Shown: piece by piece, positions 29,780 to 39,560 of the stretch
How positions within the stretch are numbered: the stretch's first letter is position 1
Layout of the letters: each line of letters opens with the position of its first letter
Position numbers and translations under genes: made by a program
DNA from: Sulfolobales archaeon
Lineage (GTDB): Archaea; Thermoproteota; Thermoprotei_A; Sulfolobales; AG1
Assembly: GCA_038867615.1 (NCBI GenBank)
Contig: JAWBYA010000005.1
Coordinates: 1-64,000 of the forward strand
Length of the DNA stretch: 64,000 bases
Direction of reading: 5' to 3'
The notes under the pieces: generated by a model
The model's database searches: none
What the model was told of the DNA's origin: nothing
The model's input: only the letters and a program-made list of their open reading frames with translations

Positions 29780-30844
29780 TCATGCTTTGGAGACATGGAT
29801 TAGTGATTTGCCTATCAAGCTTCCTGCCTCGAGATCTCTGTGGGCTTCTGGGATTTCTTCGAATGAGTATACCTTGCTTATAACAGGTCTTATGTATCCT
29901 TTCTTAACCATCTCTAGGGCTTCTATGAGCTCCCACCTATTACCCCCAGGGGTTCCTGTTATCATGATCCCCTTGAGATAGGCTTTCCTAATAGCTAGCT
30001 TAACCTCGCTACCAGCCATAACCCCTATGAGAACCACGCCTCCCCCTGGTTTCAACATATCTATCGAGGCTAATACAGAGTCTCCCCCAATGCTGTTTAG
30101 CACCGCATCTACGCCCTCGCCCTCTGTGATCTCCATGACTCTTGAGACCACATCCTCCTCTCTATAGTTAACAACATGATCAGCCCCGATAGATCTCACA
30201 GCCTTACCCTTCTCCTCACTCCCCACAGCAGCTATAACCCTGGCTCCGAAGAGCCTTGCTATCTGAATAGCATATGTCCCCACACCACCACTCGCACCCC
30301 ATATAAAGACCCTCTGGCCAGCCCTCACCTTGAGGAGAGTTGCGAGAGACCTCCAGGCCGTTACAAGGGCTTGTGGGATAGCTCCAAGCTCCTCGGGCTT
30401 TGAAAAGCCACGAACCTTTACAAGGGATCTTGCTGGGAGTGCTATATACTCGGCATAGGACCCCCACCTATTGAGACCAAGGATACGCCTCTCCCTGCAG
30501 AAATTCTCAAGCCCGATGCTGCAGTAATAACACCTACCACAGCCATAGATGAAATTAGCTATAACAGGATCCCCGATCTCGAAGCCCTCAACACCCTCAC
30601 CGAGAGCCTCTATATAGCCGAAAACATCTCCCCCGATGATGTGGGGGAGCCTCACCCTATACTCTGGATGCCCACTCCTAACCAGAAGATCCATTCTATT
30701 AATAGACGTCGATAAGACCTTAACGAGAACCTCACCCTTACCAGGCTTCGGATCCCCTATCTCCTCTATCCTGAGAACCTCCGGCCCCCCAAAAGATCTC
30801 AGCACATATGCTCTCAACAACAACACCACATAATAGGGATCCAT
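29780..30844 (-). CDS. Zinc-binding alcohol dehydrogenase / MDR oxidoreductase
   Basis: CGRCYYC..G.ENFC structural Zn site, GASGGVG; catalytic Cys replaced (NRMD). Confidence 0.9.
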   Translation of the reverse strand: MDPYYVVLLLRAYVLRSFGGPEVLRIEEIGDPKPGKGEVLVKVLSTSINRMDLLVRSGHPEYRVRLPHIIGGDVFGYIEALGEGVEGFEIGDPVIANFIYGCGRCYYCSIGLENFCRERRILGLNRWGSYAEYIALPARSLVKVRGFSKPEELGAIPQALVTAWRSLATLLKVRAGQRVFIWGASGGVGTYAIQIARLFGARVIAAVGSEEKGKAVRSIGADHVVNYREEDVVSRVMEITEGEGVDAVLNSIGGDSVLASIDMLKPGGGVVLIGVMAGSEVKLAIRKAYLKGIMITGTPGGNRWELIEALEMVKKGYIRPVISKVYSFEEIPEAHRDLEAGSLIGKSLIHVSKA

Positions 30845-30924
30845 AGTCCTAAAATGCTTTAGAAAGATGTTCCGTGAAGAGAGCGATTATAAGCTAGCAG
30901 TACCACAGTTTATGGGAAACCCCG

Positions 30925-32220
30925 TTGGCTCTTATGCCGAGAAGAACATTGATAGCCATAGCGATAGTAATCATTATAGCAACAGCCCTAGCAACATACT
31001 ATGCCATCCAGACAACCCAGACAGGCGGTGCAACAGCACAGAAGGCTAAGGATGTTATAAAAATAGGATTCACAGTAGCCCTCTCAGGAGGCGGGGCCGC
31101 TTCAGGGATAGAGCAGCTCAGGGGCTATGAGATCTGTAAGGATTGGATCAATAGCCAAGGGGGGCTATATATAAGGGAGTATGGGAAGAAAATACCGATC
31201 CAGCTTATATATTATGATGACAGCTCCGACCCCGCTAAAGCGAGATCCCTTTACGAGAAGCTAATCACAGAGGATAAAGTAGATCTCCTATGGGCCCCGT
31301 GGGGAACATCCATAGGGCTAGCAGTGGTCCCCGTGCTTGATAAATACAACATACCGGTTATCCTCAACACCCACACGGTTAGCGAGAGTACTATAAAACA
31401 GCTGGGGACCAAGAATATCTTTGTGACCTTCAGCGATCATGAGAGTGTTGGCATGGCATTCGCCCTCTTTGTCAAGAAACTGCTAGCGGATCACAAAGAC
31501 CTCAGAAGGATCGCTATAATATATGCTGAGACCGATATGAGCGTGGGTCACTTCAGATGGACTAAAAAAGTCCTCGAGGATCAAGGGATCGGGGAGCTGG
31601 TATTCTATGGAAGCTACCCAGTAGCAGCAACAGATGTGAGAGGACTTCTCCTGAAGGTTAAGGAAGCCAACCCAGATATACTTATAGCCCACACATTCGC
31701 CGGGGACACGTTTTTAGTGTTTGCACAGCTAAGAGAGCTCAATATAAACCCAAAGGTTCTCTTAATGGGTACAGCGGCTACGACCTCTGCCTTCTATACC
31801 AGGTTTGATAACAAGACCAAAGAGGGTACAATAGCATGGACCACCTGGCACCCAAGCCTACACCCAGTGCTAAAGGAGTTCTTCGATACATATAGCAAGA
31901 AATACGGCTACACACCCTCCAACGGCCAGCTAGGGGTAGTTTTTCTAAGCTGCTTCATATTTAAGGAGGCCGTTGAGAAAGCAGGATCCCTTGATCCTAA
32001 TAAGATTAGAGAGGTTCTAAATAGCGAGAGCTTCGACACACCATTTGGAAGGGTGAGGTTCAGAGACCAAATAATAGACCCTCCACTGATCCTCTTTATA
32101 CAGTATCAAGACGGCCTAGCCCAGCCAGTCTTCATAGCCTCTGGAAGATACCCCGATACAAAGCCGGCGCAAATCGCAGCCCTCGCTGATATTATATACC
32201 CCAAACCACAGTGGTCCTAG
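30925..32220 (+). CDS. Branched-chain amino acid-type ABC substrate-binding protein (LivJ-like)
   Basis: IKIGFTVALSG, YDDSSDP, YEKLITEDKVD, AVEKAGSLD, DTPFGRVRF. Confidence 0.88.
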   Translation: MALMPRRTLIAIAIVIIIATALATYYAIQTTQTGGATAQKAKDVIKIGFTVALSGGGAASGIEQLRGYEICKDWINSQGGLYIREYGKKIPIQLIYYDDSSDPAKARSLYEKLITEDKVDLLWAPWGTSIGLAVVPVLDKYNIPVILNTHTVSESTIKQLGTKNIFVTFSDHESVGMAFALFVKKLLADHKDLRRIAIIYAETDMSVGHFRWTKKVLEDQGIGELVFYGSYPVAATDVRGLLLKVKEANPDILIAHTFAGDTFLVFAQLRELNINPKVLLMGTAATTSAFYTRFDNKTKEGTIAWTTWHPSLHPVLKEFFDTYSKKYGYTPSNGQLGVVFLSCFIFKEAVEKAGSLDPNKIREVLNSESFDTPFGRVRFRDQIIDPPLILFIQYQDGLAQPVFIASGRYPDTKPAQIAALADIIYPKPQWS

Positions 32221-32245
32221 CAAAATCTGTTTTTATTTAGGACAG

Positions 32246-32548
32246 CCGTTTGTCCCTGGATGTTCATCCCAATCATTTTTTTATTCATGGTCCATCCAGG
32301 GACTTCCACCTCAACCCTCAGGATCTCGGATCTCTAATCCTGCGGGGTCATGGGCGACTGTCGAGCCAAACGGCACGTGGCTCCCATCTAGCTTTGCCCC
32401 CGGGTGGCTTGGAGCGATGCTTCCATCACCACCCGGGACCTGTGTGGGGAAGACCCACACCAGGAGCGCTTTCTTTCAGAGATTATAAATACCCATGGTT
32501 TCCAAAGCCTATTAATCCTCCCTATGTATATCAAAAAGAAGACAGCCC
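32246..32548 (-). mobile_element. Repeat family A copy 2 (tnpB-derived, omegaRNA-like)
   Basis: Homologous to 16063-16358; reads GGDGSIAPSHPGAKLDGSHVPFGSTVAHDP.../LRWKSLD, like archaeal TnpB tails; extra hairpin CCCGGGTGG/CCACCCGGG. Confidence 0.75.
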
Positions 32549-33532
32549 CATTATTGGGTATTTTTTCTGTATTATCCATTTAAACGCTGCATCAGCCGCA
32601 GAGGCTCCTTCCGCTGCTGATACCACCACCTGTTGGAAGTAATACTTATTCTTTCCACCCGCGCAATCGCCTGCCGCGAAGATCCCCTCTATATTTGTAT
32701 ATCCTCCCGGCTTAACATCAATCAATCCATGCTCATCAACCTCTAAGCCGATCTTTTTGAAGAAATCCGTAGGCGGCTGGTTACCGATCTCTATGAACAC
32801 GCCCTCCACATCCACCTTTCTCGTCTCGCCCGTCTTTAGATTCTTGATCACAGCATATCTAACCTCCCTATCGCCCCCTATCTCAGATACCGTGCTATTG
32901 AATATAACCTCGATCTTATCACTATGCTTATTTAGTGCTTCGACATATATTGGGAATGCCCTGAGCTTCTCACCCCTTGTCACAAGATAGATCTTAGATG
33001 CATAGCCAACGGCATGTATAGCTCCTGTAACGCCTGAGTTACCTCCACCAACGATCACTATCCTCTTACCCTTAAAGAAGGGTACATCACACACGGTGCA
33101 GTAGCTAACACCCCTCCCAGCAAACTCAGCCTCTCCCGGGACGCCTAGCTTTTTCCTCTCAAGCCCTACAGCTATTATCACAGCCCTAGCCTTGTAAACC
33201 CTGCCGCTTCTCGTATATATTGAGAAGAAATCACCATCTCTCTTTATATCCTCAACCCTATCCCTCTCTATCGGTACACCGTGTTTCTCAACATGTCTAA
33301 CAAAACTCTGGATCAGCTGTGAGGCCTCAACCTCTATAAAGCCTGGATAATCATCTACAAGACCCGCACTAGCCAGCTGTCCTCCTATTGTTTCTCCTAT
33401 AAGAAGGGTTTTCAGTTTATATCTAGCTGCATAGAGTGCAGCAGATAGTCCAGCAGGCCCTGCACCAACAACGATCACGTCGTATTTATCTTCGAGGGGT
33501 TTTCTCTCAAAACCCTTTAATCTAAACGACAT
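32531..33532 (-). CDS. trxB: Thioredoxin reductase
   Basis: GAGPAGLSAA, GRGVSYCTVCD, VGGGNSG, GIFAAGD. Confidence 0.95.
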   Translation of the reverse strand: MSFRLKGFERKPLEDKYDVIVVGAGPAGLSAALYAARYKLKTLLIGETIGGQLASAGLVDDYPGFIEVEASQLIQSFVRHVEKHGVPIERDRVEDIKRDGDFFSIYTRSGRVYKARAVIIAVGLERKKLGVPGEAEFAGRGVSYCTVCDVPFFKGKRIVIVGGGNSGVTGAIHAVGYASKIYLVTRGEKLRAFPIYVEALNKHSDKIEVIFNSTVSEIGGDREVRYAVIKNLKTGETRKVDVEGVFIEIGNQPPTDFFKKIGLEVDEHGLIDVKPGGYTNIEGIFAAGDCAGGKNKYYFQQVVVSAAEGASAADAAFKWIIQKKYPIMGLSSF

Positions 33533-33617
33533 CTCGACCTCAACCTAGAATTATAAGTGGCATAGCTGCTTATATTATTTAACTATCCATAGACCTAGAT
33601 CTCACAGTGCTAGAGTG

Positions 33618-33932
33618 CTAGGGTTTCTCCTCAACACCAGTAGATCTTCTAAGCATGTTCCTCAAGAAAGCATCCTGGGGAGCATCTCTATAATGCTCAG
33701 CCTTCTCAGCAAGGATCTCGAGCTCCTCGAGGGTAGCGTAGTCCAGGGGCTCGCCCCTCATACCATCCCTGTTCCACTCGTTAACAAGCCTATCCATGAT
33801 CCTCTCGACATCCTTATCAGAATAGAAGAGAGCTTTAACCCAGCTATTCCTATTCTCCTCAATATTCTCAACAATAATCCTGATAAGATCCTCTCTCCTA
33901 GGCAAACAGTACCATCCAGTATAGTTATACAC
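33618..33932 (-). CDS. Conserved hypothetical protein
   Basis: Host-like codon usage, charged helical protein (GEPLDYATLEEL). Confidence 0.65.
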   Translation of the reverse strand: MYNYTGWYCLPRREDLIRIIVENIEENRNSWVKALFYSDKDVERIMDRLVNEWNRDGMRGEPLDYATLEELEILAEKAEHYRDAPQDAFLRNMLRRSTGVEEKP

Positions 33933-34213
33933 AAACCCGATTAATATACTCCTAATCCCACCAAAGATCAGCCATATATACCGTGGATCATGGATATATG
34001 CTTGAGCACCACAGATCCTAGAGCAGTGCTCTGCAAAGGAAGTAAGATCTAGAAGAGGTGTGCTGAAGCCCGAGAGAAAAATACAGGATTGGATGTATAG
34101 CTATACCGGGTATACGACCCTTCTGAAGGGTAAGCTAGTAGAATTTTAGGAGATAAGGACAAACAGAGAGATTATTATTGCCTTTAACCATATTTTAGTT
34201 TGGGGAAGATGTT

Positions 34214-34873
34214 TTGCCCATGTTCAGAGAAGTGGGTAGGGATCACCAGCGATATATGGACCACGATATAGCTATGCTTGAGAAGGCTTTGAAAGGAACT
34301 ACAACGGTTGGGCTTGTGACCAAAGAGGCCGTGGTCATGGCGGCTGATAAGAGGGCTACTGCCGGCATGTATATAGCCCACAAGAATGTTAGGAAGATAG
34401 AGCCTATAGATGAGAGATCAGCTCTGACAATATCAGGGCTTGTTGCCGATGCACAGACACTGGCTGATTATCTTAGATATAGAGCCAGGCTCTACTATGT
34501 AATGACAGGAACTCCTATGAGCATCAAGTCCATGGCCAGCCTACTAGCCCTGATCCTCAATAGCTCCAAGTACTTCCCATTCATAGTCCAGCTCCTCCTA
34601 GGGGGTATAGATGATAAGCCCAGGCTATACCAGATAGAGTTCTTTGGAAGCGTTACCGAGGAGAAGTTCGTAGCAACAGGAAGCGGTAGCCCCATAGCCA
34701 TAGGAGTGCTTGAGGCCGGGTATTCCGAGGATCTCGGGGTCGAGCAGGCTGTGAACCTGGCTAGAGAGGCTATAACATCGTCTATAAAGAGGGATGCCTA
34801 TACGGGAGAGGGTATAGATGTGGTGGTTATAACAAAGAATGGTGTGAAGAGCCACTACTTCCCAGTGAAATAG
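34214..34873 (+). CDS. psmB: Proteasome beta subunit
   Basis: KG/TTTVG propeptide junction, AADKRAT, GLVADAQ, TGSGS. Confidence 0.97.
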   Translation: MPMFREVGRDHQRYMDHDIAMLEKALKGTTTVGLVTKEAVVMAADKRATAGMYIAHKNVRKIEPIDERSALTISGLVADAQTLADYLRYRARLYYVMTGTPMSIKSMASLLALILNSSKYFPFIVQLLLGGIDDKPRLYQIEFFGSVTEEKFVATGSGSPIAIGVLEAGYSEDLGVEQAVNLAREAITSSIKRDAYTGEGIDVVVITKNGVKSHYFPVK

Positions 34874-34892
34874 GGGGGTTAACACGTAGAGG

Positions 34893-36842
34893 ATGGTTTT
34901 CGTGAGAGATAGACTTCTCGACGAGATAAGAAAGGTGATTATGGAGAACATACCTCCCGAGGCCGAGATGCGCAGAGTCGAGTTCGAAGGACCCTATCTA
35001 GTGATCTATGTGAGAAACCCCGGGTTTCTTAAGTCAGAGACATCTGCTATAAAGAACATAGCCAAGATCCTTAGAAAAAGGATCATTGTCAAGGTAGATC
35101 CCCAGGCTAGGAAGAAACCCCAGGAGGCTAGATCAAAGATCCTCGAGCTAGTACCAAGCGAGGCTGGCGTGGGTGAGAAGGATATAGAGTTCGACGAGGT
35201 TTTGGGAGAAGTAGTTATAAAGGCTGCAAAGCCAGGGCTCGTTATAGGGGCTGAGGGGGAGAATCTAAAGAGAATCCTCGTAGAGACTGGGTGGAGACCA
35301 AGGGTTGTTAGAAAACCCCCCATAAAGTCAGGGCTTCTAGAGGGGATAATAAACTATATGATGAATGAGAGCGACTATAGGTTGAAATTCCTTAGAAGGG
35401 CTAGCGAGAAGATACACGTAGATCCTCTCTTCAAAAGCGATACCGTTAGAATCACAGCCCTCGGAGGCTTCATGGAGGTTGGTAGATCCGCTATCCTTCT
35501 CGAAACACCTAATAGCAAGATCCTCCTGGACTTCGGCCTAAACCCAGGGATTAACACGCCGCCAAACATGTATCCCAGGATAGATATGCTCAACATAGCC
35601 CCCGAAGAGATAGATGCGGTTGTTGTAACACACGCCCACGTGGATCACTGTGGATTAGTACCATTCCTCTTCAAATACGGCTACGACGGTCCTGTATATA
35701 CCACAGAGGCTACCAGAGATCTCATGGCCCTCATGCAGCTAGATATACTCGATGTTGCGAGGAGAGAGGGAAACCCGATCCCGTTCACACAGAGGGAGGT
35801 TCAGAAGATGGTGCTCCACACAATACCCCTGAAGTACGGGGATACGACTGATATAGCCCCCGATGTTAAGATAACTCTCTATAATGCTGGCCATATACTG
35901 GGCTCTGCTATGGTTCACATATATGCTGGAAACCCAGCCGGGGGCGGGATCAATATACTCTATAGCGGTGATATAAAGTTCCAGAGGACAAGGCTTCTCG
36001 AGAGGGCTAGTGTTGAGGAGATCCCTAGGGTTGATATCCTTATCCTGGAGAGTACCTATGGTGCAACAGATCTCCCGCCAAGGAACGAGGCTGAGGAGAA
36101 GCTCATCGAGATCATTAAAAAGACTGTTGAGAGAAAAGGAAAGGTCCTGATCCCCACGCTAAGCGTTGGGAGGGCTCAGGAGATAATGCTCGTCCTAAGA
36201 TCTGCTATGATGGAGAAGAAGCTCGACGAGATCCCAGTATATATAGAGGGGATGATAGACGAGGTGACAGCAATACACACAGCCTACCCAGAGCTCCTAT
36301 CGAGAGAAACCTTCGCTCTATTTAAGAGCGGTGAGAATCCCTTCAGCTACACAACCTTCAAGAGGGTTGAGGATAGAAGGGCTAGGAGCGATATTATAGA
36401 CGCTCCCGAGAGCAGTGTGATCATGGCTACAAGCGGTATGCTCACAGGAGGCCCGGCTGTTGAGTACTTCAAACTCCTAGCAGGGGATCCTAGGAACACT
36501 ATGGTGTTTGTAAACTACCAGGTTAAGGGAACACTGGGGAGAAGAATCAAGGATGGGGAGAAGGAGATACAGCTCCATGAAGAGGATGGGAGAATAGTTA
36601 CCGTGAAGGTTAACATGGAGATCCAGAGCGTCGAGGGCTTCTCAGGACACAGCGATAGAAAACAGCTAGTGAGATTCGTTGAAAGCCTCCCAACAATTCC
36701 GAAAAAAATAATACTGAATCACGGAGAACCATCAGCCATAGCCTCGCTCGCTAAAGAGCTAGGCAAAAGCAAGGATATCAGGGTGAGAACAGCCGATATA
36801 ATAATGCCCAATGTCCTAGACACCCTAACCTTCAAACCATAG
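34893..36842 (+). CDS. fttA: beta-CASP ribonuclease aCPSF1 / transcription termination factor FttA
   Basis: N-terminal KH domains, LGGFMEVGRS, THAHVDH, AGHILGS, ESTYG, FSGHSD, HGE; conserved position after psmB. Confidence 0.96.
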   Translation: MVFVRDRLLDEIRKVIMENIPPEAEMRRVEFEGPYLVIYVRNPGFLKSETSAIKNIAKILRKRIIVKVDPQARKKPQEARSKILELVPSEAGVGEKDIEFDEVLGEVVIKAAKPGLVIGAEGENLKRILVETGWRPRVVRKPPIKSGLLEGIINYMMNESDYRLKFLRRASEKIHVDPLFKSDTVRITALGGFMEVGRSAILLETPNSKILLDFGLNPGINTPPNMYPRIDMLNIAPEEIDAVVVTHAHVDHCGLVPFLFKYGYDGPVYTTEATRDLMALMQLDILDVARREGNPIPFTQREVQKMVLHTIPLKYGDTTDIAPDVKITLYNAGHILGSAMVHIYAGNPAGGGINILYSGDIKFQRTRLLERASVEEIPRVDILILESTYGATDLPPRNEAEEKLIEIIKKTVERKGKVLIPTLSVGRAQEIMLVLRSAMMEKKLDEIPVYIEGMIDEVTAIHTAYPELLSRETFALFKSGENPFSYTTFKRVEDRRARSDIIDAPESSVIMATSGMLTGGPAVEYFKLLAGDPRNTMVFVNYQVKGTLGRRIKDGEKEIQLHEEDGRIVTVKVNMEIQSVEGFSGHSDRKQLVRFVESLPTIPKKIILNHGEPSAIASLAKELGKSKDIRVRTADIIMPNVLDTLTFKP

Positions 36843-36846
36843 AGAT

Positions 36847-38178
36847 CTACTCTTTAGAGAGCAGCTCTCCCAGAATATCTATATAGAACCTTTTAGCCCT
36901 CTCAAGGCTCCAGATCTCGACATACTCGTCATAGCCATGCACATTACCGCCAACTGGTCCGAAGTCTATGGATTCAACACCCTCTGGGGAGAAGTATCTA
37001 GAATCACTCGCACCAGCCCTCTCAACAACCTTTGCAGGGAGCCCCATCCTCTCAAGAATCCTCAATGCTTTAGAAACGATCCTCGAGGTTCTTGGTGTGT
37101 TTAGATAGCCCCCGCCCCCGGATACTCTGTATCTAATCCTAACAGATAGATCTTCTAGCAGGTTCTTGACAGCCCTCTCAAGCTTAGAGCTATCCTTGAG
37201 AGGAGCTCTAACATCTACCTCGAATACGTGTTTAGACCCATCAGTATAGTACATATTAGGCGTCGCTGTAACACCATATAGGCTGGGGAAATCCAGCTCT
37301 ACGGATATCCTGGTGAGTGGTAGCAGTGTTTTCACAAGCTCTGTGAGCGATAGATCTGCTTGCTGCTCATCAGCACCCTCTCCAACCACTTCAGCCCATA
37401 CCCTCTGTGGAAGCACGTTTGACTTGACAAAATCCCCTCCCAGGCTTGATAAGAGGAGATCTTGTTCCGAGACCTCTCTAGCCAGGTCTATGAGGGGGTG
37501 AACATCAGAGCCCGAGATGAAATATGCCGCGTGATAGCTCGCACTCCTAAGCGTCTTCTCAACCCTCTTCCTAGAGCCCTTTGTTTTTATCCTGGCAGCT
37601 TCTGCCTCGATCACTATTTTGAAAGCACTCCTCCTCCTGTTTATAACAACAAGACCAGCGCCATCGCCATTAACAAGGAAGTCTGGGAAAAGGGCTTTAT
37701 TCCTCAGATAGTCTCTAAGAACCCTCGCACCGTTATAACCCCCTATTTCCTCATCACCTGTAAAGGCTACTACGAGGGTTCCTCCAAGCTTATCCACGAC
37801 CCTGGTCATATCTCTATAAGCTGAGGCTATAGAGGCAACATTGCCTAGATCATCCGCGGACCCCCTACCATAGAGTCTACCTTCTCTCTCAACCGGTGTG
37901 AACGGATCAAAACTCCACGAGGGCCCCGGAGGGACTACATCGTAGTGGGCTAGATAGAGCACCACAGGCCTTCCAGAACCATATATATCGAATAGCGTGT
38001 AGAATCCATTGCTCTCAATACTCTTAGGATCCATCCCCGATCTCTTCATAGCATCTAGAACCCCCTCTACGCATGCAGATCCTGGTTTAACACCTCCTGA
38101 AGGGTCGTTAACACATCTCAATGGTATTAGTCTCTTTAACAACTCCAGAGGATCTATTACTAACCACCCAAGCATCAT
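36847..38178 (-). CDS. M20 metallopeptidase / deacylase (ArgE/DapE family)
   Basis: AHYDVVP, GRGSADD, DEEIGG, HGYDE. Confidence 0.9.
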   Translation of the reverse strand: MMLGWLVIDPLELLKRLIPLRCVNDPSGGVKPGSACVEGVLDAMKRSGMDPKSIESNGFYTLFDIYGSGRPVVLYLAHYDVVPPGPSWSFDPFTPVEREGRLYGRGSADDLGNVASIASAYRDMTRVVDKLGGTLVVAFTGDEEIGGYNGARVLRDYLRNKALFPDFLVNGDGAGLVVINRRRSAFKIVIEAEAARIKTKGSRKRVEKTLRSASYHAAYFISGSDVHPLIDLAREVSEQDLLLSSLGGDFVKSNVLPQRVWAEVVGEGADEQQADLSLTELVKTLLPLTRISVELDFPSLYGVTATPNMYYTDGSKHVFEVDVRAPLKDSSKLERAVKNLLEDLSVRIRYRVSGGGGYLNTPRTSRIVSKALRILERMGLPAKVVERAGASDSRYFSPEGVESIDFGPVGGNVHGYDEYVEIWSLERAKRFYIDILGELLSKE

Positions 38179-38293
38179 TGGGTATGGAGAGCTTATATGT
38201 TAATTATAAATCGATTAACAGCCCCTTAGCATCCCTGCTCATAGTATGGTAGTATTAAAAAGGAATATTAGTCATAAGAGCTCTGAGAAGTTC

Positions 38294-38971
38294 TTATAGC
38301 TTTATTATGCTCATCGCGTCTCCGTATTTTTTCTTGAAGTTCTCCATAGTCTCTACGGTTTTCTTATATATCCTGATCAGCTCATTAATAGGATCTGGGT
38401 GATCATCTACCCTCAGGTTATACTCCCACCTCGGGTTCTTAGAGGCTATTAGGAGTGCTGCAGACTGCTTACCTCTAGTATCGCCGCCAGCCTCCTCTCC
38501 AGCCTTGATAGCGTTTAGCAGCCTCACCGGGAATGGATCGTTTCTCGACTCTCTATAAGCCTTTACCATTGCTTCAAGCACCTGGGGCCCCGCTATTATG
38601 TTACCCGCTACGGCGAGATCGTTCTCAACGATATGCCCAGCCCATGGTATGCATTTAGAGCCTGTATAGCCATAAGCAGTCTCGCGATCAACCCCTATAA
38701 CCTGTCTATACTCCCTATAGGGATCCACCTTTAATAGCGACTCAATAGCATCGCCTATCCTAACACCAAACTCGGCTATCCTAACGGCTTTTCTCCCTAT
38801 CTCTACATTAACAAACGCCTGGGTTGACACAGCAGCTACTCCGGGGATTGCGTGGGGAGCTACAGAGCCAACAGCAGGGGCTGCTGTGGCTATCGCGATC
38901 CCGAGATCCCCTGTATCGGGGTCTCTCGCCACTATCGAGAATGTTCCTAGTAGCAGGTGCATGGTTAGCAC
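38294..38971 (-). CDS. DUF1028 Ntn-hydrolase family protein
   Basis: TFSIVARD, STQA, AGNI, GGDTRGKQSAAL, LRVDDHPDP. Confidence 0.9.
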   Translation of the reverse strand: MLTMHLLLGTFSIVARDPDTGDLGIAIATAAPAVGSVAPHAIPGVAAVSTQAFVNVEIGRKAVRIAEFGVRIGDAIESLLKVDPYREYRQVIGVDRETAYGYTGSKCIPWAGHIVENDLAVAGNIIAGPQVLEAMVKAYRESRNDPFPVRLLNAIKAGEEAGGDTRGKQSAALLIASKNPRWEYNLRVDDHPDPINELIRIYKKTVETMENFKKKYGDAMSIIKL

Positions 38972-39030
38972 CGCTTTTCTATTGTGGTGGTGAGATATAA
39001 GCTTGGTTTTATAATGAATCCGGGACTCCT

Positions 39031-39483
39031 ATGAGGATCCGGTATTCGGGATCCTTTGATGTTGCATCACCCAAGGAGAAGGTGTATAGATTCCTAACAG
39101 ATCCTGAGAGGGTTGCGAAAACATTCCCAGGAGTCGAGAGAGTAGAGGTTACCGATGAGAATAACTTCTCGGTTAGAGCCACCCTCGGCATAGGACCCCT
39201 GAGGGGTAGTATGAGTTTCAAGCTAAGGTTTGATGAGAAGAGAGCTCCAGAACATGCTAGGGTTGTTGGCAGAGGGGTGGGGCTCCAAAGCACTGCTGAT
39301 ATCTCGCTAACATTCGATCTAGAGGATCTGGGCGGAGGTACCAGGGTTAAATGGTCTTTCGAGGGCAACGTGGGAGGGCTTGTAGGCTCTCTGGGAGGCA
39401 GGGTTCTGGATGATGTTGCTAAGAGGCTTGTAGACGAGGTTATAGCCAATATAAAGGCCTATATAGAGAGTGGCCAGGTGTGA
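39031..39483 (+). CDS. CoxG / SRPBCC family protein
   Basis: FLTDPERVAKTFPG, GIGPL, GGLVGSLGGRV. Confidence 0.85.
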   Translation: MRIRYSGSFDVASPKEKVYRFLTDPERVAKTFPGVERVEVTDENNFSVRATLGIGPLRGSMSFKLRFDEKRAPEHARVVGRGVGLQSTADISLTFDLEDLGGGTRVKWSFEGNVGGLVGSLGGRVLDDVAKRLVDEVIANIKAYIESGQV

Positions 39484-39560
39484 GACCTCAAGCTATATAA
39501 TCTTTATACCAGGTTGAGGCTATATATCCTCACACGTTTATTTAAATTGGTGCTAATGGG

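Noticed and set aside
32250-32642. 130-aa (+) and 63-aa (-) ORFs over family A copy 2
   Set aside because: Antisense or frame-broken readings of the repeat, overlapping trxB
34094-34132. Short palindromes GTATAGCTATAC and ACCCTTCTGAAGGGT upstream of psmB
   Set aside because: Short, single-copy, no C/D or H/ACA layout; the genome is rich in short palindromes
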